Shown: positions 41,364-55,407 of the stretch, piece by piece
Position numbering within the stretch: the first letter of the stretch is position 1
How the letters are laid out: each line of letters starts with the position of its first letter
Assembly: GCA_964016885.1 (NCBI GenBank)
Contig: OZ024745.1
Span: forward strand, 117,800,001 to 117,864,000
Length of the DNA stretch: 64,000 nucleotides
Direction: 5' to 3'
Source of the DNA: Eledone cirrhosa
Lineage: Eukaryota
The notes under the pieces: generated by a model
What the model was told of the DNA's origin: nothing
What the model saw: the letters and a program-made list of their open reading frames with translations, nothing else
Databases searched by the model: none
Program-made: the position numbers and the translations under genes

Positions 41364-43446
41364 TAAACTTCTAATATATATAATAACAGACTGAAATAAA
41401 TACTGGGGTGGTGAATATAATTTTGGCATAACTTTGTCTTTATAAAAAGTCTACGATGTTTTCGAGCCACGCCCATGGCTACTCAATACATATTTTAAAT
41501 ATTAGGTAAGTAATAGGGTTGTTTTCTCTACTTTGTGTCACCTAGCTATAGGCACTTGTTTAGGTCGGTTTTTAAAATAAAAGCAAAAACAAATGGGTCT
41601 TTAATTTAGCCCTTATCCTACGCTGTTCATCATTTTTAATGCATAAAATAACGGATAATTGTTATTGTCAAGTCTACCCACTGAGTGGTATTGGTGTAAG
41701 TGAAGCCAGTTTGTTTTCTTTTAACAGTGTAATAAAAGCCACGCGTTGGGCCAACCAGTCATACGTGTTGGTTGTGAGTATCAAAGCCCGAGTGTAACTC
41801 AGCTCGATGTAAAAGCGAGTTTAAATACATTTGGTCTTCGTACACCATGAACGGTTGAAAACGCTAAAAATAGAAGAAAAAAAAAAATCCACAAGTTCCT
41901 TTCCCGCCCTTTTCAGGAATTATTGACATACAGTTATTTGGGCTGGGAATCACCAGTATAGGAGAAGCTAAAAAAGATGAAAGACACAACCTCCTTCCCT
42001 GATTATCTTATAAAAATACATAGGAAAATCAACTCCTACATTTTAATGAGTCATATTTTATTGACCTCGAAAATGAGGGAGACTGGAAGAAAAAAACTAA
42101 ATAATAGATATGAATGATTTCTAATATTGGGTGGTGAGGAATTGTCGATTATATCGATCTTAGCACGTGACATGTACCAATTATATCGACACGGAAGGCA
42201 TTGTCCATCTCAGTGAGGTTTGGACTCAGTGTATAAAGGGAGATAAGCAAACACTCCACAGATAACATTATTCCTTACTTTCCCAAATAATAATTTCTGA
42301 TAACAATGTGAAGGTGCGTGGCTTAGTGGTTTGGGAATTTGATTCGCAATCGCTAGGTTGCGAGTTCGAATCCCGGAAGGGGCTTACGTTATGTCCTTGA
42401 GCAAGACACTTTATTTCACGTTGCTCTTTTTGCCAGGAGTTGCGACCGGTAGATAATATCAGCAATAGAAGAGTAATGGAAACATTGTTTCCTTGGTCCG
42501 ATTTGATGAGTTCCACCTCACTCAATAAGCGAATGAGGCCGAGTCTTGTCGATGGATTCGCTGAACTTCTGATACATGGTCAGACATTTTCGAAAAGAGA
42601 TGTAGTCGTTTACATCGAGTATGTATTTATTTCAACGTTTCTAACTGGACAAAAGACAAAGAAGGCAGGATGTAAAGGACGGTGATTAACACCAGTGCTC
42701 TACCGACTTTGTCATTCACATATAACAATTGTTTCTACTTTTGGCATTACTGGTGCTTTATTTTATCGATCTTGTTGAGTATGAAAGGCAAAGTTAACCT
42801 CAGAGGGATTTAATGATTTCTGAATCATGTACATACTTAAGTGAGGACTAGTTGACCTCACTACATCACCGATACACATTTTATCGGTTTCAGAAGGATG
42901 AAGAGCAAAGTCGACCCTAGTAGAATTTGAGGTCAGAATGTAAAAGTACCTAACTAAACATCACAAGGTACTTCGTCTGCCGCTCTACCGATCCTGCCAT
43001 CCAATTCTCTTAAATATTTATAATAAACTTTTTTCTTTGGGGCTCAAAGCAGTTTGTTAAGAGTAAGAACACAGTTGTAATTGATGTCAGTATTTATTTT
43101 ATGACCGCCTTCAGACAGAGGAAAAGCTAATTTAAGGAACTTTGAATATCTTGTACATATCCAATTTAGCATTATCTGTGCTGTCAACATAGTTTTTGTA
43201 TTATGACAATAATTACAGGTTGTGGTTGTTTTTTGACATCAGGTTAGCTTTAGTCGAACAAACCTACCGTAAAATACGTCTTCACCAACTCATCTTTTAT
43301 TCAGACTCATTATATTTAGGAATATATAATACAATACGTCCTTTTAAAAACGACTAAGGTGAGATTCGAGCAAGATTTGGCTACTACTTCTTGTGGTTCG
43401 AGCGACCGTATCGGGGTATCGTGGTTCGTTGGTCTGCATGATGTGA

Positions 43447-43622
43447 TCAAGTATGTGTCTTCATGTGTTTACTGAGGTGGTCTTTACGTGTGAAAGCCTT
43501 GTGACAAATATTGCAGCTGTGGGGTCGCTCTCCTGTGTGAATACGACGATGTCGTGTTAACTCCTCGTTTCGGATGAACGCCTTGCCGCATTCTGGTTCT
43601 TTGCACACAAACGGTCTCTCAC
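43447..43622 (-). CDS. hkb: Last coding exon of a huckebein-like (Sp/KLF-related) C2H2 zinc-finger transcription factor, fingers 2-3
   Basis: (G)[57 protein letters not shown]-stop. The RNEELTRH and RxDHLxKHMKTH helices match Huckebein as recalled. Polypyrimidine tract and TTACTTAG acceptor (AG at 43624-43623), phase-1 intron within the TGE linker. Upstream exon not found in the window. Confidence 0.85.
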
Positions 43623-43906
43623 CTAAGTAAACAATACAGAACAGAGATAAACAAGTAATTAACAGAAATATGAAAACATAAAACAAAACAAAACAGAAAA
43701 CTATAGCAACAACCAAAGATTTCTTACACAAGCATAATGTGATAGATTAGAAATAACTGTTTCTACTTTTGGCACAAGGCCAGCAATTACTCCAGTGTAT
43801 TACTGGTACTTTATTTTATTGACACCGTAAGGATGAAAGGCAAAGTTAACCTCGACGGGATTTGAACTCAGATCATAAAGGGTCGTAACTTCATGCTGCA
43901 AAGCAT

Positions 43907-43978
<72 letters not shown>

Positions 43979-45517
43979 GGTCTGTGTGTGTAAAATCGGA
44001 AATTTTTCTAGCTTGTCTCTTGAATTAAAAAAAAAACAGAATTAGTCGTTTAGTTTACATATCAACCCATTCTATTTATTTTATAACGTATGAGATTTCT
44101 TGTAATGTTCTTTTTTGTCATGTATAATCATGATATATTAAAGGGAGGAGTGTCGGACTGTGTCCTGAATATATTTTTTTATCTCGTTAGTAAAATAAGT
44201 TGGATTACTTTGAATAAATAATTGTTTCTACTTTTGGCACAAGGCCAGCAATTACCCAGTGTATTACTGGTACTTTACTAAATTTCGTAGCTGTTGATTA
44301 AACATAAATATTCTTATATATAATGATTGCTTATTTTATGATTCAATTTTTAAAAAATGTTTAAATGTCAATACTTCCGGTTAGCGTTCGTTATATAATA
44401 ACATTTAATGCATCGTTTATATATCATTATATAGTACCAGTAATGCACTGGGTAATTGCTGGCCTTGTGCCTAAAGTAGAAACAATTATATTTAAACGTT
44501 CATATATTTGCATCGTTATATCATAACGTTTATATTTCTGTCGCTAATTTTCTCCTTTTTCGTTTTCATTACATTTCACTGTAACACAGTTTATATATAA
44601 CATCGTCTTTTTTAAATGTATCATGGCTTACTTTACTGATTACAGAAGACAGTGTAACACAGTCCCTCTTCAATTTCTGTGCATATTGTCAATTACGATT
44701 TTATTTGCCATATCATATCTACATACATATATATTTACGTAGAATATAAATATGCACACTACACATGCTAGCAGAAAACCACCCAAAGAGTAATTTTCCT
44801 GCTAGTAATTTTTAATGTCTAAAGAAAATTGTCATAGGAATATTACCACTTGAAATAAAATTTTGCCAGAGATAGATTAAGCAAGAATTAATAAGCGGGT
44901 TGGGGTTGGGACGTGTCGATTATTCAGGACCCGAGAGTAAGTTAACGATAATTTAAGGTAAAATAGGAAGAAACACAAAACACCATCAATAATCAATCCA
45001 CAAGTCAATTTCATACTTAGCGGCTGCGTATCTGATGAGACTACAAGTAAAAGTGTGTAAGCACACATAGCTAGGTAGGTAACTAATTAAAGTTTAACTA
45101 GAACTTCAAAAATAGATACCTTATAAATTGATTAATCTTTCTTGTATATATTTCATTAAAGAAATATATTTCACCATTAATCGATCGGTAAACCACAGTA
45201 GCCAAATCAAGAATTTTTAACAAGAGAGAAGATCTAACTATCTGTGTTTACACAGCAAATTCAAATCTGCGAATGACTAGAGCACGTTTTGCATTTTTTT
45301 AAAATACACACATCGTACCAGCTTTAACCCAGTGGCGTGAATAAGGTTATCGACAACTAGAAATAGCAGCCGAGTCCTTTCAACTGAGTTAGCTCTACAA
45401 TTAAGAGGCCGTTTATATATCCAAAATTAAATTAAGGGTGTCATGTCGGAGAGACATGCACCATATCCACTGTAGAATATGCTCCAAGATTCCAATGAAT
45501 AGATCCGAGCATTATAT

Positions 45518-45586
<69 letters not shown>

Positions 45587-45894
45587 ACATAACAGGGAAG
45601 ATTAATCATATTATAAGGTATCTATTTTTGAAGTTCTGGTCAACTTTATTTAGTTACCTACCTAGCTATGTGTGGTTACACACTTGTAAAAATTATCTCC
45701 TGTGATTATTCATATTTATTTATATGTTAATCAATTTCTAGTTATTATAAAATGCTCGGACTTACTCGTTAGAATCTTAGAGCTTATTTTGCGGGTGATA
45801 TGGCGCATGTCTTTCTGGCATGACACCCATAATTTTGATTTAGATTAAATTCATTTGATTTATCTTAATTTTGTATATATATATATATATAAAT

Positions 45895-46280
45895 GATAGC
45901 GCAAGGTGTTCAAAATGCTTTTAATTAAACATATAGTATATTGCCAAATTACTATACATACATTCATGTATATTCGCTATTTCAGAGCACCAATCCTAAT
46001 TTCTCATTTTTGCTGGACCGGCAATCGCTCTATATAATCAGTTCCTGATTATTACTCGAATTCTATAATAATCCAACCTCTATAATTTTCGGCAGTGTGA
46101 AACAGAATCTGTCAGCTTCTCTCCCTTCCTTTGCCTAAAAAAGAAGTAAGTGACATAGTCACTACTTTAAAAGTGATAGCGCAAGGTCTTCAAAATGTTT
46201 TTAATTAAACATACGGTATATTGCCAAATATACTATACATACATTCATGTATACATCGTTATTTCAGAGCACCAATCCTA

Positions 46281-46282
<2 letters not shown>
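45895..46282 (+). mobile_element. Partially tandem pseudo-LTR-like module between (TA)n tracts (278-bp unit plus ~110-bp partial repeat)
   Basis: 45895-46000 is repeated at 46173-46282. Homologous to 10085-10360 (inverted) but lacks the hammerhead 5' core. Confidence 0.7.
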
Positions 46283-46311
<29 letters not shown>

Positions 46312-46336
46312 TGTAATAAACAATAGAAGGCAATTA

Positions 46337-46397
46337 TTTCATTTACCAGTGGTTTCTTAAAAGCAAACAAATTTTGCTTTCAATCATCAGAATGAAA
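46337..46397 (-). ncRNA. Canonical minimal type-I hammerhead ribozyme (mirror copy)
   Basis: Reverse complement of 46464-46524. Confidence 0.85.
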
Positions 46398-46463
46398 AAA
46401 ATCCTGGTGTATTTATTGACATTGGATTTTAAAATCCAATGTCAATAAATACACCAGGATTTT

Positions 46464-46524
46464 TTTCATTCTGATGATTGAAAGCAAAATTTGTTTGCTT
46501 TTAAGAAACCACTGGTAAATGAAA
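46464..46524 (+). ncRNA. Canonical minimal type-I hammerhead ribozyme
   Basis: TTTCATT-CTGATGA-TTGAAAGCAAA-ATTTG-TTTGCTTTTAA-GAA-ACCA-C-TGGT-A-AATGAAA. 7-bp stem I, 11-bp stem II, GUA. Confidence 0.9.
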
Positions 46525-47166
46525 TAATTGCCTTCTATTGTTTATTACATAACTATTAAGCTCTGTAACCTACATAGAGCACTCTTTTTTCCTGGACCTT
46601 TCCGAATGAATTATTTCATTTATATATATATATATATATATATATCTTCAATTGAAGTTAGATGCTTAAATTCTTTTACTAAATATAGTTCGTTTACTAA
46701 ATTACATAAGGCAAGATGTAACCATCCGAGGATGCTCCCTCCACCAATGCCGCGGCTTAATACCATTCTGGAAAAGTTCTTATATATAAACAGTATTTAC
46801 ATATTTTTCAGTTCTAGCCAGAGGAAAGATTCATACGCTCTTTTGTTGTCAACCGTATGTTGTTCAAGCTGTTATTTTCGTTGTGAATTGCATTGTTGTT
46901 GTTTTTAAGGAAGGAAGAGTGAGATGTTTGTCATATAACAGCTGCACCTTTATAAACGTGTGTATTAGATTGTGTTGTGTGAGCATACATATGGGTGGAG
47001 TGAGGACGAAGGTTAAGTATAGCTTTTGTCAAATGCATGGGTGTGTCCGTAGCTGGTGAGACTTTTTAAAGAGAAAAATATGTAACATTTGTGTCCTTAA
47101 CGTTACAGTAGTAAGAATGGCGCACGAGGTAAATAAACATTTTATGCATCAGTTTTTTATTTTTTC

Positions 47167-47251
<85 letters not shown>

Positions 47252-47344
47252 ATGTAGGCATGGGTGTGTGTATGTATCTATATTGCAATTGCAATATAGT
47301 AACTTTTTACTTTCTTTAGCAACTAGGTGTATTATTTACACTAG

Positions 47345-47800
47345 GAGGGTGGAGGATTAACAGTATTGGTAGAGCGTAGAGCTTTACAACATACAGTTAC
47401 ATCCCTTTGTTTTGAGTTCAAATACCAATGATGTTAGCTTTGCCTTTCATCTTTACGGGGTCGATAAAATAGAGTACCAGCAATGCTCTGGGGTTAATTT
47501 TAATTGACTTTACCCCTCCTTTCAAATTGATGGGTTTGTGCCAAAAGTAGAAACAATTATTTGCACTATTATTTATAGTTATTTGCAACTATCATTATAG
47601 TTATTTGCAAGGGCGGTGAATTGGCAGTATCGGTAGAGGGTTGGACGTCATGCTTTCTAACATAGTTACGTCCCTTTACAGTCTGAGTTCAAATCCTGCC
47701 GAGGTGAACTTTGCCTTTCATCCTTACGAGGTCGATAAAATAAAGTACCAGTAATGTACTGGGTTATTGCTGGCCTTGTGCCTAAAGTAAAAACAATTAT
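47345..47800 (+). mobile_element. Two SINE family A copies
   Basis: 47345-47560 and 47609-47800 (TSD ATTATAGTTAT(T/C)TGCAA). Confidence 0.88.
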
Positions 47801-48182
47801 AGTTATCTGCAACATTGCGACTATATTTTCTACTATATATATATTAGGGAAAAATGACAGGCGGCCGGATAGATTGTATTTGTTAAAATTTTTATTTCTG
47901 CAAACATTATGCAGATTTCAGCGTGTCAGGTTACGTATGAACCTAGTGACATCAAATTTAAGCGTATATATATATATATATATATATAAAGTATTCAGGT
48001 TTGCTTGAAGTATTGTGGAAAATGAAAAATAGTCAGTTTGGAAGCCTCTACATTGCAGATGGGTGAGTCTTCTGGCAACGGAATCCAGTGGCAATAGAAG
48101 AAGGAAAAGGAAAACAAACGTAGAAGGCGTTTTACATTTGTTTTCCTTTTCCTTCTCTTCTTCTATTGCCACTGGATTTCCA

Positions 48183-48261
<79 letters not shown>

Positions 48262-48567
48262 ATACTTGGGGAGGGTCATATTTGTGTAATATTGCCAGAA
48301 TTAATAACAGAACACACTCACTGTTTGGTTGGTTTTCGCTTTTCGCTTCTGTGTCTTTTATATCGGTAATCTAATTTATTCGGTCCTCAATGTTGCCATT
48401 GACTGACCAACGGTCAAAAATAATATAGACACAAACACATATATATAGTTTATCAAAGTTCTTTCGTTGCACATCTGCAACATCGTCAGTGGTGTTATTG
48501 TTTCCTCCCGTTGCATTGTATTTTCTACGCCATCTTTATTTAGTCTGTATGTATATATATATATATA

Positions 48568-48601
<34 letters not shown>

Positions 48602-48653
48602 TATATATATATATATGTATATATGTATATACATATGTATATATGTATATATG

Positions 48654-48688
<35 letters not shown>

Positions 48689-48837
48689 GTATATATGTAT
48701 ATATATATGTATATATGTATATACATATTTATATATGTATATATGTATATATATGTATATATGTATATATGTATATATATGTATACATGTATACATGTAT
48801 ATATATGTATATATATAGATGTACATATGTATATGCA

Positions 48838-48870
<33 letters not shown>

Positions 48871-48955
48871 ATGTATGTATATATATATATATATATATAT
48901 TCGTGGAGAAGTAAATAAAGGAGAACAAACCGTTAAAACATGTTTACTTAAAATA

Positions 48956-48995
48956 GCACCTACGTACGTTTCGCCCGAATGGGCTTCTCAAGGGC
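48956..48995 (-). ncRNA. Minimal hammerhead, U3-A8 covariant core
   Basis: GCCC-TTGAGAA-GCCC-ATTC-GGGC-GAA-ACGTACGT-A-GGTGC. Confidence 0.72.
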
Positions 48996-49139
48996 ATAAA
49001 CAACTAAAAAGCGTTCCTTACATGACCACCGTAAATATTATCTCTCTCTATATATGTATATATGTATGTATGTATATATGTATGTATAGTATGTATATAT
49101 GTATGTATATGTATATATATATATATATATCTTTACGTC

Positions 49140-49783
49140 GGGTCACTCTTCAGTGCTACTGGCAACATGTAACCCAGTACAACCTGTCTCATGGTCGCGT
49201 CGTCGGTGACTAAACCGGCAACCCCACCAAGTTTACTTGGAGGGTGATTTTGGACACCCTGCAGGACAAAAAACAAAACCTGACAAAGGGCGGAAGAACT
49301 CACAAGAGACTACGGCCATCCGAAAGTGTGAAAATATGTATATACACATGTACCGCGCGGTTAAACCAATGGGAGTGAAGGACCCCTAGCCTTTGTCAGA
49401 GCATTCTTCTAGGAGAAGACAACTCCGGAAACTGGGATAACTCAGATATAAAACCTGCGGCTCAGTAGTTACCGATGATATTGATCTTTTCTTCTTTTCG
49501 GGTTATAGCTACTGTAGCCCAGAGAGTGGGATTGGCTCAGTGCACAGCCTTTCCTCACTTTAAAGAATATCTTCACGCACAGGCATTACACGATAGAATT
49601 AATTAATAATTATTAATAAGGGTATATCGTGCAATGGCCATACTCGATAACGAGGTACCATGGGCCCAGCACTATGTGTCAATAATTGTCACAAGTGTAG
49701 TGTTTGTACCAGAGTTTTCAAGTCGCTGGCTGGACTAAAAAGTCACACTCGTTCAGCGCATCGGTAGGGTTGGCAGCCACCAT
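49140..49783 (+). mobile_element. RTE-like non-coding retroelement (relative of the 16804-19085 cluster)
   Basis: Diverged 5' part. The 3' ~130 bp is nearly identical to the cluster copies and is followed by a TATG microsatellite. Confidence 0.7.
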
Positions 49784-49785
49784 AT

Positions 49786-49817
<32 letters not shown>

Positions 49818-49845
49818 GTATATGTATATATATATATGTATATGT

Positions 49846-49901
<56 letters not shown>

Positions 49902-50045
49902 GTATATGTATATGTATATATATATATGTACATATGTATATATATGTACATATGTATATGTATGTACATATATGTAGGTACATATATGTATGTATGTATA
50001 TATGTATATATATATATATATGTATATATATGTATGTATATATGT

Positions 50046-50079
<34 letters not shown>

Positions 50080-50110
50080 GTGTATATGTATATATGTATA
50101 TGTATATATG

Positions 50111-50151
<41 letters not shown>

Positions 50152-50172
50152 GTATATGTATATATGTATATG

Positions 50173-50205
<33 letters not shown>

Positions 50206-50225
50206 GTATATGTATATATATATGT

Positions 50226-50261
<36 letters not shown>

Positions 50262-50322
50262 CTATATCTGTATGTATATATGTATATCTATATCTATATG
50301 TATGTATGTGTATATGTATATT

Positions 50323-50353
<31 letters not shown>

Positions 50354-50381
50354 GTATATGTATATATATATGTATATGTAT

Positions 50382-50461
<80 letters not shown>

Positions 50462-50525
50462 GTATATATGTATGTATATATGTATATGTATATATATATA
50501 TGTATGTATATGTATGTGTATATGT

Positions 50526-50619
<94 letters not shown>

Positions 50620-50713
50620 GTATATGTATATATGTATATGTATATATATATGTATGTATATGTATATATGTATGTATATATATGTATGTATGTATATGTA
50701 TATATATATATGT

Positions 50714-50749
<36 letters not shown>

Positions 50750-50880
50750 CTATATGTATGTATGTGTATATGTATATTTATATATATAAGTATATGATAA
50801 TATATATATGTATATGTATATGTATATATATATGTATATGTATATATATGTATATGTATATGTATATATATATGTATATG

Positions 50881-50913
<33 letters not shown>

Positions 50914-51322
50914 GTATATGTATGTGTATATGTATGTATATATGTATATGTATGTGTATATGTATGTATATATGTATATGTATGTATATATATATGTATG
51001 TATATATATATATGTATGTATATATATATATGTATGTATATATATGTATATATATATGTATGTATATATATGTATATATATATGTATGTATATATATATA
51101 TGTATATATATATATATGTATATATATATGTATGTATATATATATATGTATATATATATATATGTATATATATATGTATATATATATGTATGTATATATA
51201 TATGTATGTATATATATATATGTATATATATGTATATGTATATATATATATATGTATATATATATGTATATGTATATATATATGTATATGTATGTATATA
51301 TATGTATATGTATATATATATG

Positions 51323-51392
<70 letters not shown>

Positions 51393-51484
51393 GTATGTAT
51401 ATATGTGTATGTATGTATGTATATAGGTATGTATGTATGTATGTGTATGTATATATGTATATATATATGTATATGTATATATAT
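49784..51484. repeat. 1.7-kb TATG/(TA)n compound microsatellite
   Basis: Direct inspection. Confidence 0.95.
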
Positions 51485-51621
51485 CCAGGGAGTGTAACCC
51501 TAGGTTCACCGAGGTGAACACTCGATGTTTAGGTTCACGTCAGTGGCGAGGTGTAGAGTTAGACAGTGTAATATAATAATACAAGGACCGAATGGCTACT
51601 CCTTCATTGTGTTTATTGGTT

Positions 51622-51696
51622 GCTGACGCGCGTTTCGCTACTGATCAGCTCAAGGTTTGATCTAGCGCGACTATGGAATCAATATCTCGTCGGACC
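51622..51696 (-). ncRNA. Hammerhead motif (C4 variant) inside an inverted repeat
   Basis: CCGACGA-[~50 nt]-GAA-ACGCGCGT-C-AGC. The flanks 51578-51620 and 51710-51751 are inverted repeats. Confidence 0.55.
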
Positions 51697-51747
51697 TCTG
51701 TGGTAGTACCACAGTAAACGTAATGAAGGAGTAACCATTCGTTCTTG

Positions 51748-51819
<72 letters not shown>

Positions 51820-51863
51820 ATGTATGTATATATGTATATATGTATATATGTATATGTATGTAT

Positions 51864-51894
<31 letters not shown>

Positions 51895-52877
51895 TGTATA
51901 TATGTATATGTATGTATATATGTATATGTATGTATATATGTATATGTATATATATATATATAAGTGTATATGTATGTATATATATATATATGTAAGTGTA
52001 TATGTATGTATATATATATATATGTAAGTGTATATGTATGTATATATATATATATGTAAGTGTATATGTATGTATATATATATATATGTAAGTGTATATG
52101 TATGTATATATATATATATAAGTGTATATGTATGTATATATATATATATGTAAGTGTATATGTATGTATATATATATATATATATATATATAAGTGTATA
52201 TGTATGTATATATATATATATGTAAGCGTATATGTATATATATATCTATATATGTAAGTGTATATGTATGTATATATATATATATATGTAAGTATATATG
52301 TATGTATATATATATATATATATAAGTATATATATTTATATAATATGTGTGTATAAGTAGTTATATACGACGAAATACATACATATACAAATAGATTCAG
52401 AAAAAACAAACAAACAATATGCGAAAAGACAATTCAAGAAACACATGCCGAGTTATTTTCCTCGTTGATACTTTAGTCAATTCATGTCTGTTTAGAGAAG
52501 GATTGATGATGAAATGCACGTACTGCTTGTCTATCACGCCCATTCGATATTGATCCGCCTGTGATGTGACCCGATTTCAGTACATGACACCAAACTAAAC
52601 ACACTCATACACGCCTGCAGAAACAACCACGGGCGTATGCACGCACGCGCGCGCACACACACATACACACACACTCACACTCACACACACACTCACACAC
52701 ATACACCTCTATAACTTCTCTTATTAAGGCAAATATGTGCACGAGAGTGAGAGAGATATTAAGCATACGATAACTGATACACTTTGGTTCAAACTGCATT
52801 CGTTGCATAACACTGGTTTCTTTTTGATGAAGTGTGAAGAGGTCATATTGATAAGGATTTGAAAGGAAGATAGGAAC

Positions 52878-53465
52878 AGGTTTGAAAGGGGGGGGGAGTA
52901 GACTTGAATGGGGAGAGAGAGGAGCAGGCTTGAGAGAGGAGTAGGTTTGAAAGGGGGGGGTTGAAAGGGGGGAGGGAGAAGTAGACTTGAATGGGGAGAG
53001 AGAGGAGCAGGCTTGAGAGAGGAGTAGGTTTGAAAGGGGGGGGGGTTGAAGGGGGGGAGGGAGAAGTAGACTTGAATGGGGAGAGAGAGGAGCAGGCTTG
53101 AGAGAGGAGTAGGTTTGAAGGGGGGGGGGGGTTGAAAGGGGGGAGGGAGAAGTAGACTTGAATGGGGAGAGAGAGGAGCAGGCTTGAGAGAGGAGTAGGT
53201 TTGAAAGGGGGGGGTTGAAGGGGGGGAGTAGACTTGAATGGGGAGAGAGGAGCAGGATTGAGAGAGGAGTAGGTTTGAAAGGGGGGGGGGGTTGAAAGGG
53301 GGGAGGGAGAAGTAGACTTGAATGGGGAGAGAGAGGAGCAGGCTTGAGAGAGGAGTAGGTTTGAAAGGGGGGGGGGGTTGAAGGGGGGGAGTAGACTTGA
53401 ATGGGGAGAGAGGAGCAGGCTTGAGAGAGGAGTAGGTTTGAAAGGGGGGGGTGAAAGGGGGGAGT
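52878..53465. repeat. G-rich minisatellite, 76-86-bp unit, about 7 copies
   Basis: Recurrent GTAGACTTGAATGGGGAGAGAGAGGAGCAGGCTTGAGAGAGGAGTAGGTTTGAAA followed by G-runs. Confidence 0.92.
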
Positions 53466-54476
53466 TGTGTCCTTGAGCAAGACACTTTATATCACGTTAC
53501 TCTGTTCACTCAGCTGGCAAAAAATGAGTTGTACCTGTAGTTCGAATGGCCAGGCTTGTCACATTCTGTGTCACGCTGAATCTCCATGAGAACTACGTTA
53601 AGTATACACGTGTCTATGGAATTCTCAAATGTTCAATGTTTGTTTCTTCTAAAGGATTTAAATTTTCTGTTTATTCTGTTATTATTATATGAAGAGGGAG
53701 GAAGGGGTGGATTTGTAGAATCGTTAGATCCACGAACATTCATATGGGAAAGGGTCGATACAATAAAGTACCAATAAAGCACTGGAATCGATTTAATCGA
53801 CTTTCCCCTTCCCCAAAATTGTTGGACTTGTGCCTAAATCAGAAACCATTATTAAGGACGGTGCACTGGCAGAATCGGTAGAGTGTCAGACAAAATGCTT
53901 TGCAACGTTTAGCTACGACGTTTTACGTTCTGAATTCAAATTCAACCGAGATTAGCTTTGCCTTTCATCCTTACAGGGTAGATAAAGTACCAGTAACGCT
54001 GGGTCCACCTATCACTCTAGGGCCTTTTCTTAAAAGGTAGATCCCTGGCAGTATTAGCGGACATGAATATTGGTTTATTGTAGCCCTTATTTCTGTGAGC
54101 TTAGGGCGATGGATTGGCAGTATCGGTAGATGGTCAAACATCATACTTTGCAGCATAGTTACAGCCTTTATGACCTGAGTTTGAATCCCGCCGAGGTTAA
54201 CTTTTCCTTTCATCCTTACGAGATATACAGTTGTCCTCCGGTATTCGCGGGTGTTACACTCCTAGAACCACTCAGGAAGAATGAAAAACCGCGAATATTG
54301 GACGTGGTATAACATAAAATATAATAAAAAAAGAGGGAGCGTTTTATGCGAAGAGGCGTTCAATAGGCCGGCAAATACAGTATATTGTTATTAATAATTT
54401 AGCGTTAGTATATATATATTCGGATCAATCTGTCGAGACGCCCGGAGCTGGGCTGTCAGGGTACTGACTCTTTTCC

Positions 54477-54498
<22 letters not shown>

Positions 54499-54510
<12 letters not shown>

Positions 54511-54805
54511 AAGAATCAAAGAACTGTTCAAAACATTATTGTGCTTACAGCTGTTTCCTCCAAACCGAGGTTTGGATTCTTCGGAGCAATTTATTAATGC
54601 ATGGACAGTTATATGACCTCCTTTTCAGCCAAGAGACATACCGATACATATGCACATGTATCGGTATGTCTCTTGGCTGAAAAGGAGGTCATATAACTGT
54701 CCATGCATTAATAAATTGCTCCGAAGAACCCAAACCTCGGTTTGGAGGAAACAGCTGTAAGCACAATAATGTTTTGAACAGTTCTTTGATTCTTATATTT
54801 CATAT
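54499..54805. repeat. Near-perfect hairpin palindrome (~150-bp arms, 6-nt loop) carrying two hammerheads
   Basis: Loop ATGCAC at 54650-54655. One mismatch seen. Starts at (TA)n. Confidence 0.95.
54717..54763 (+). ncRNA. Minimal hammerhead (C4 core variant), with a mirror copy at 54542-54588 (-)
   Basis: TGCT-CCGAAGA-A(C/T)CCAAACC-TC-GGTTTGGAG-GAA-ACAGCTGT-A-AGCA. Confidence 0.72.
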
Positions 54806-55091
54806 AACTGCTCTGTAAATCATCTGATGTTTTTACATTGAGCTACTTAACTTATTGGTAATAAGGTAGTAATACATTACTGACTACCACTATTTAGGGT
54901 GTGTATAAAAAATACTTATAACTGCATAAGGTTTTGTATTTACATAACCATAAATAGTATAACTAATACTATATATATATATATATATATGGCATACGTC
55001 AAAACGGCCGGTCGCAAAAGTGAAACTAATTTTTGACAGTTACGTACGTCATTACTTTAATTTTGGATTGTGAAATTGTTTGTTTTTTATG

Positions 55092-55170
<79 letters not shown>

Positions 55171-55173
<3 letters not shown>

Positions 55174-55277
55174 TACATACATACATATATGTATATATAT
55201 GCGTATATATATATACATACACACATATATATGTATATACATACACGCAATATATATGTATGTATGTATATACAGAC

Positions 55278-55327
<50 letters not shown>

Positions 55328-55364
55328 CTGTTGGCTTCACGCTCACAATTATTTCTATACTTTC

Positions 55365-55407
<43 letters not shown>

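Larger units (their letters stand above)
46305..46556. repeat. Spacerless 252-bp palindrome carrying two hammerheads
   Basis: Centre at 46430/46431 (GGATTTT|AAAATCC). Arms are complementary over 126 bp. Confidence 0.95.

Noticed and set aside
43623-43731. N-terminal hydrophobic extension of the zinc-finger ORF
   Set aside because: It is the intronic polypyrimidine tract upstream of the AG acceptor.
46640-47160. Possible coding fragment after the palindrome
   Set aside because: No recognisable motif in the frames inspected, and frequent stops.
52605-53485. Proline-rich 291-aa and 253-aa ORFs
   Set aside because: They are translations of the G-rich minisatellite.
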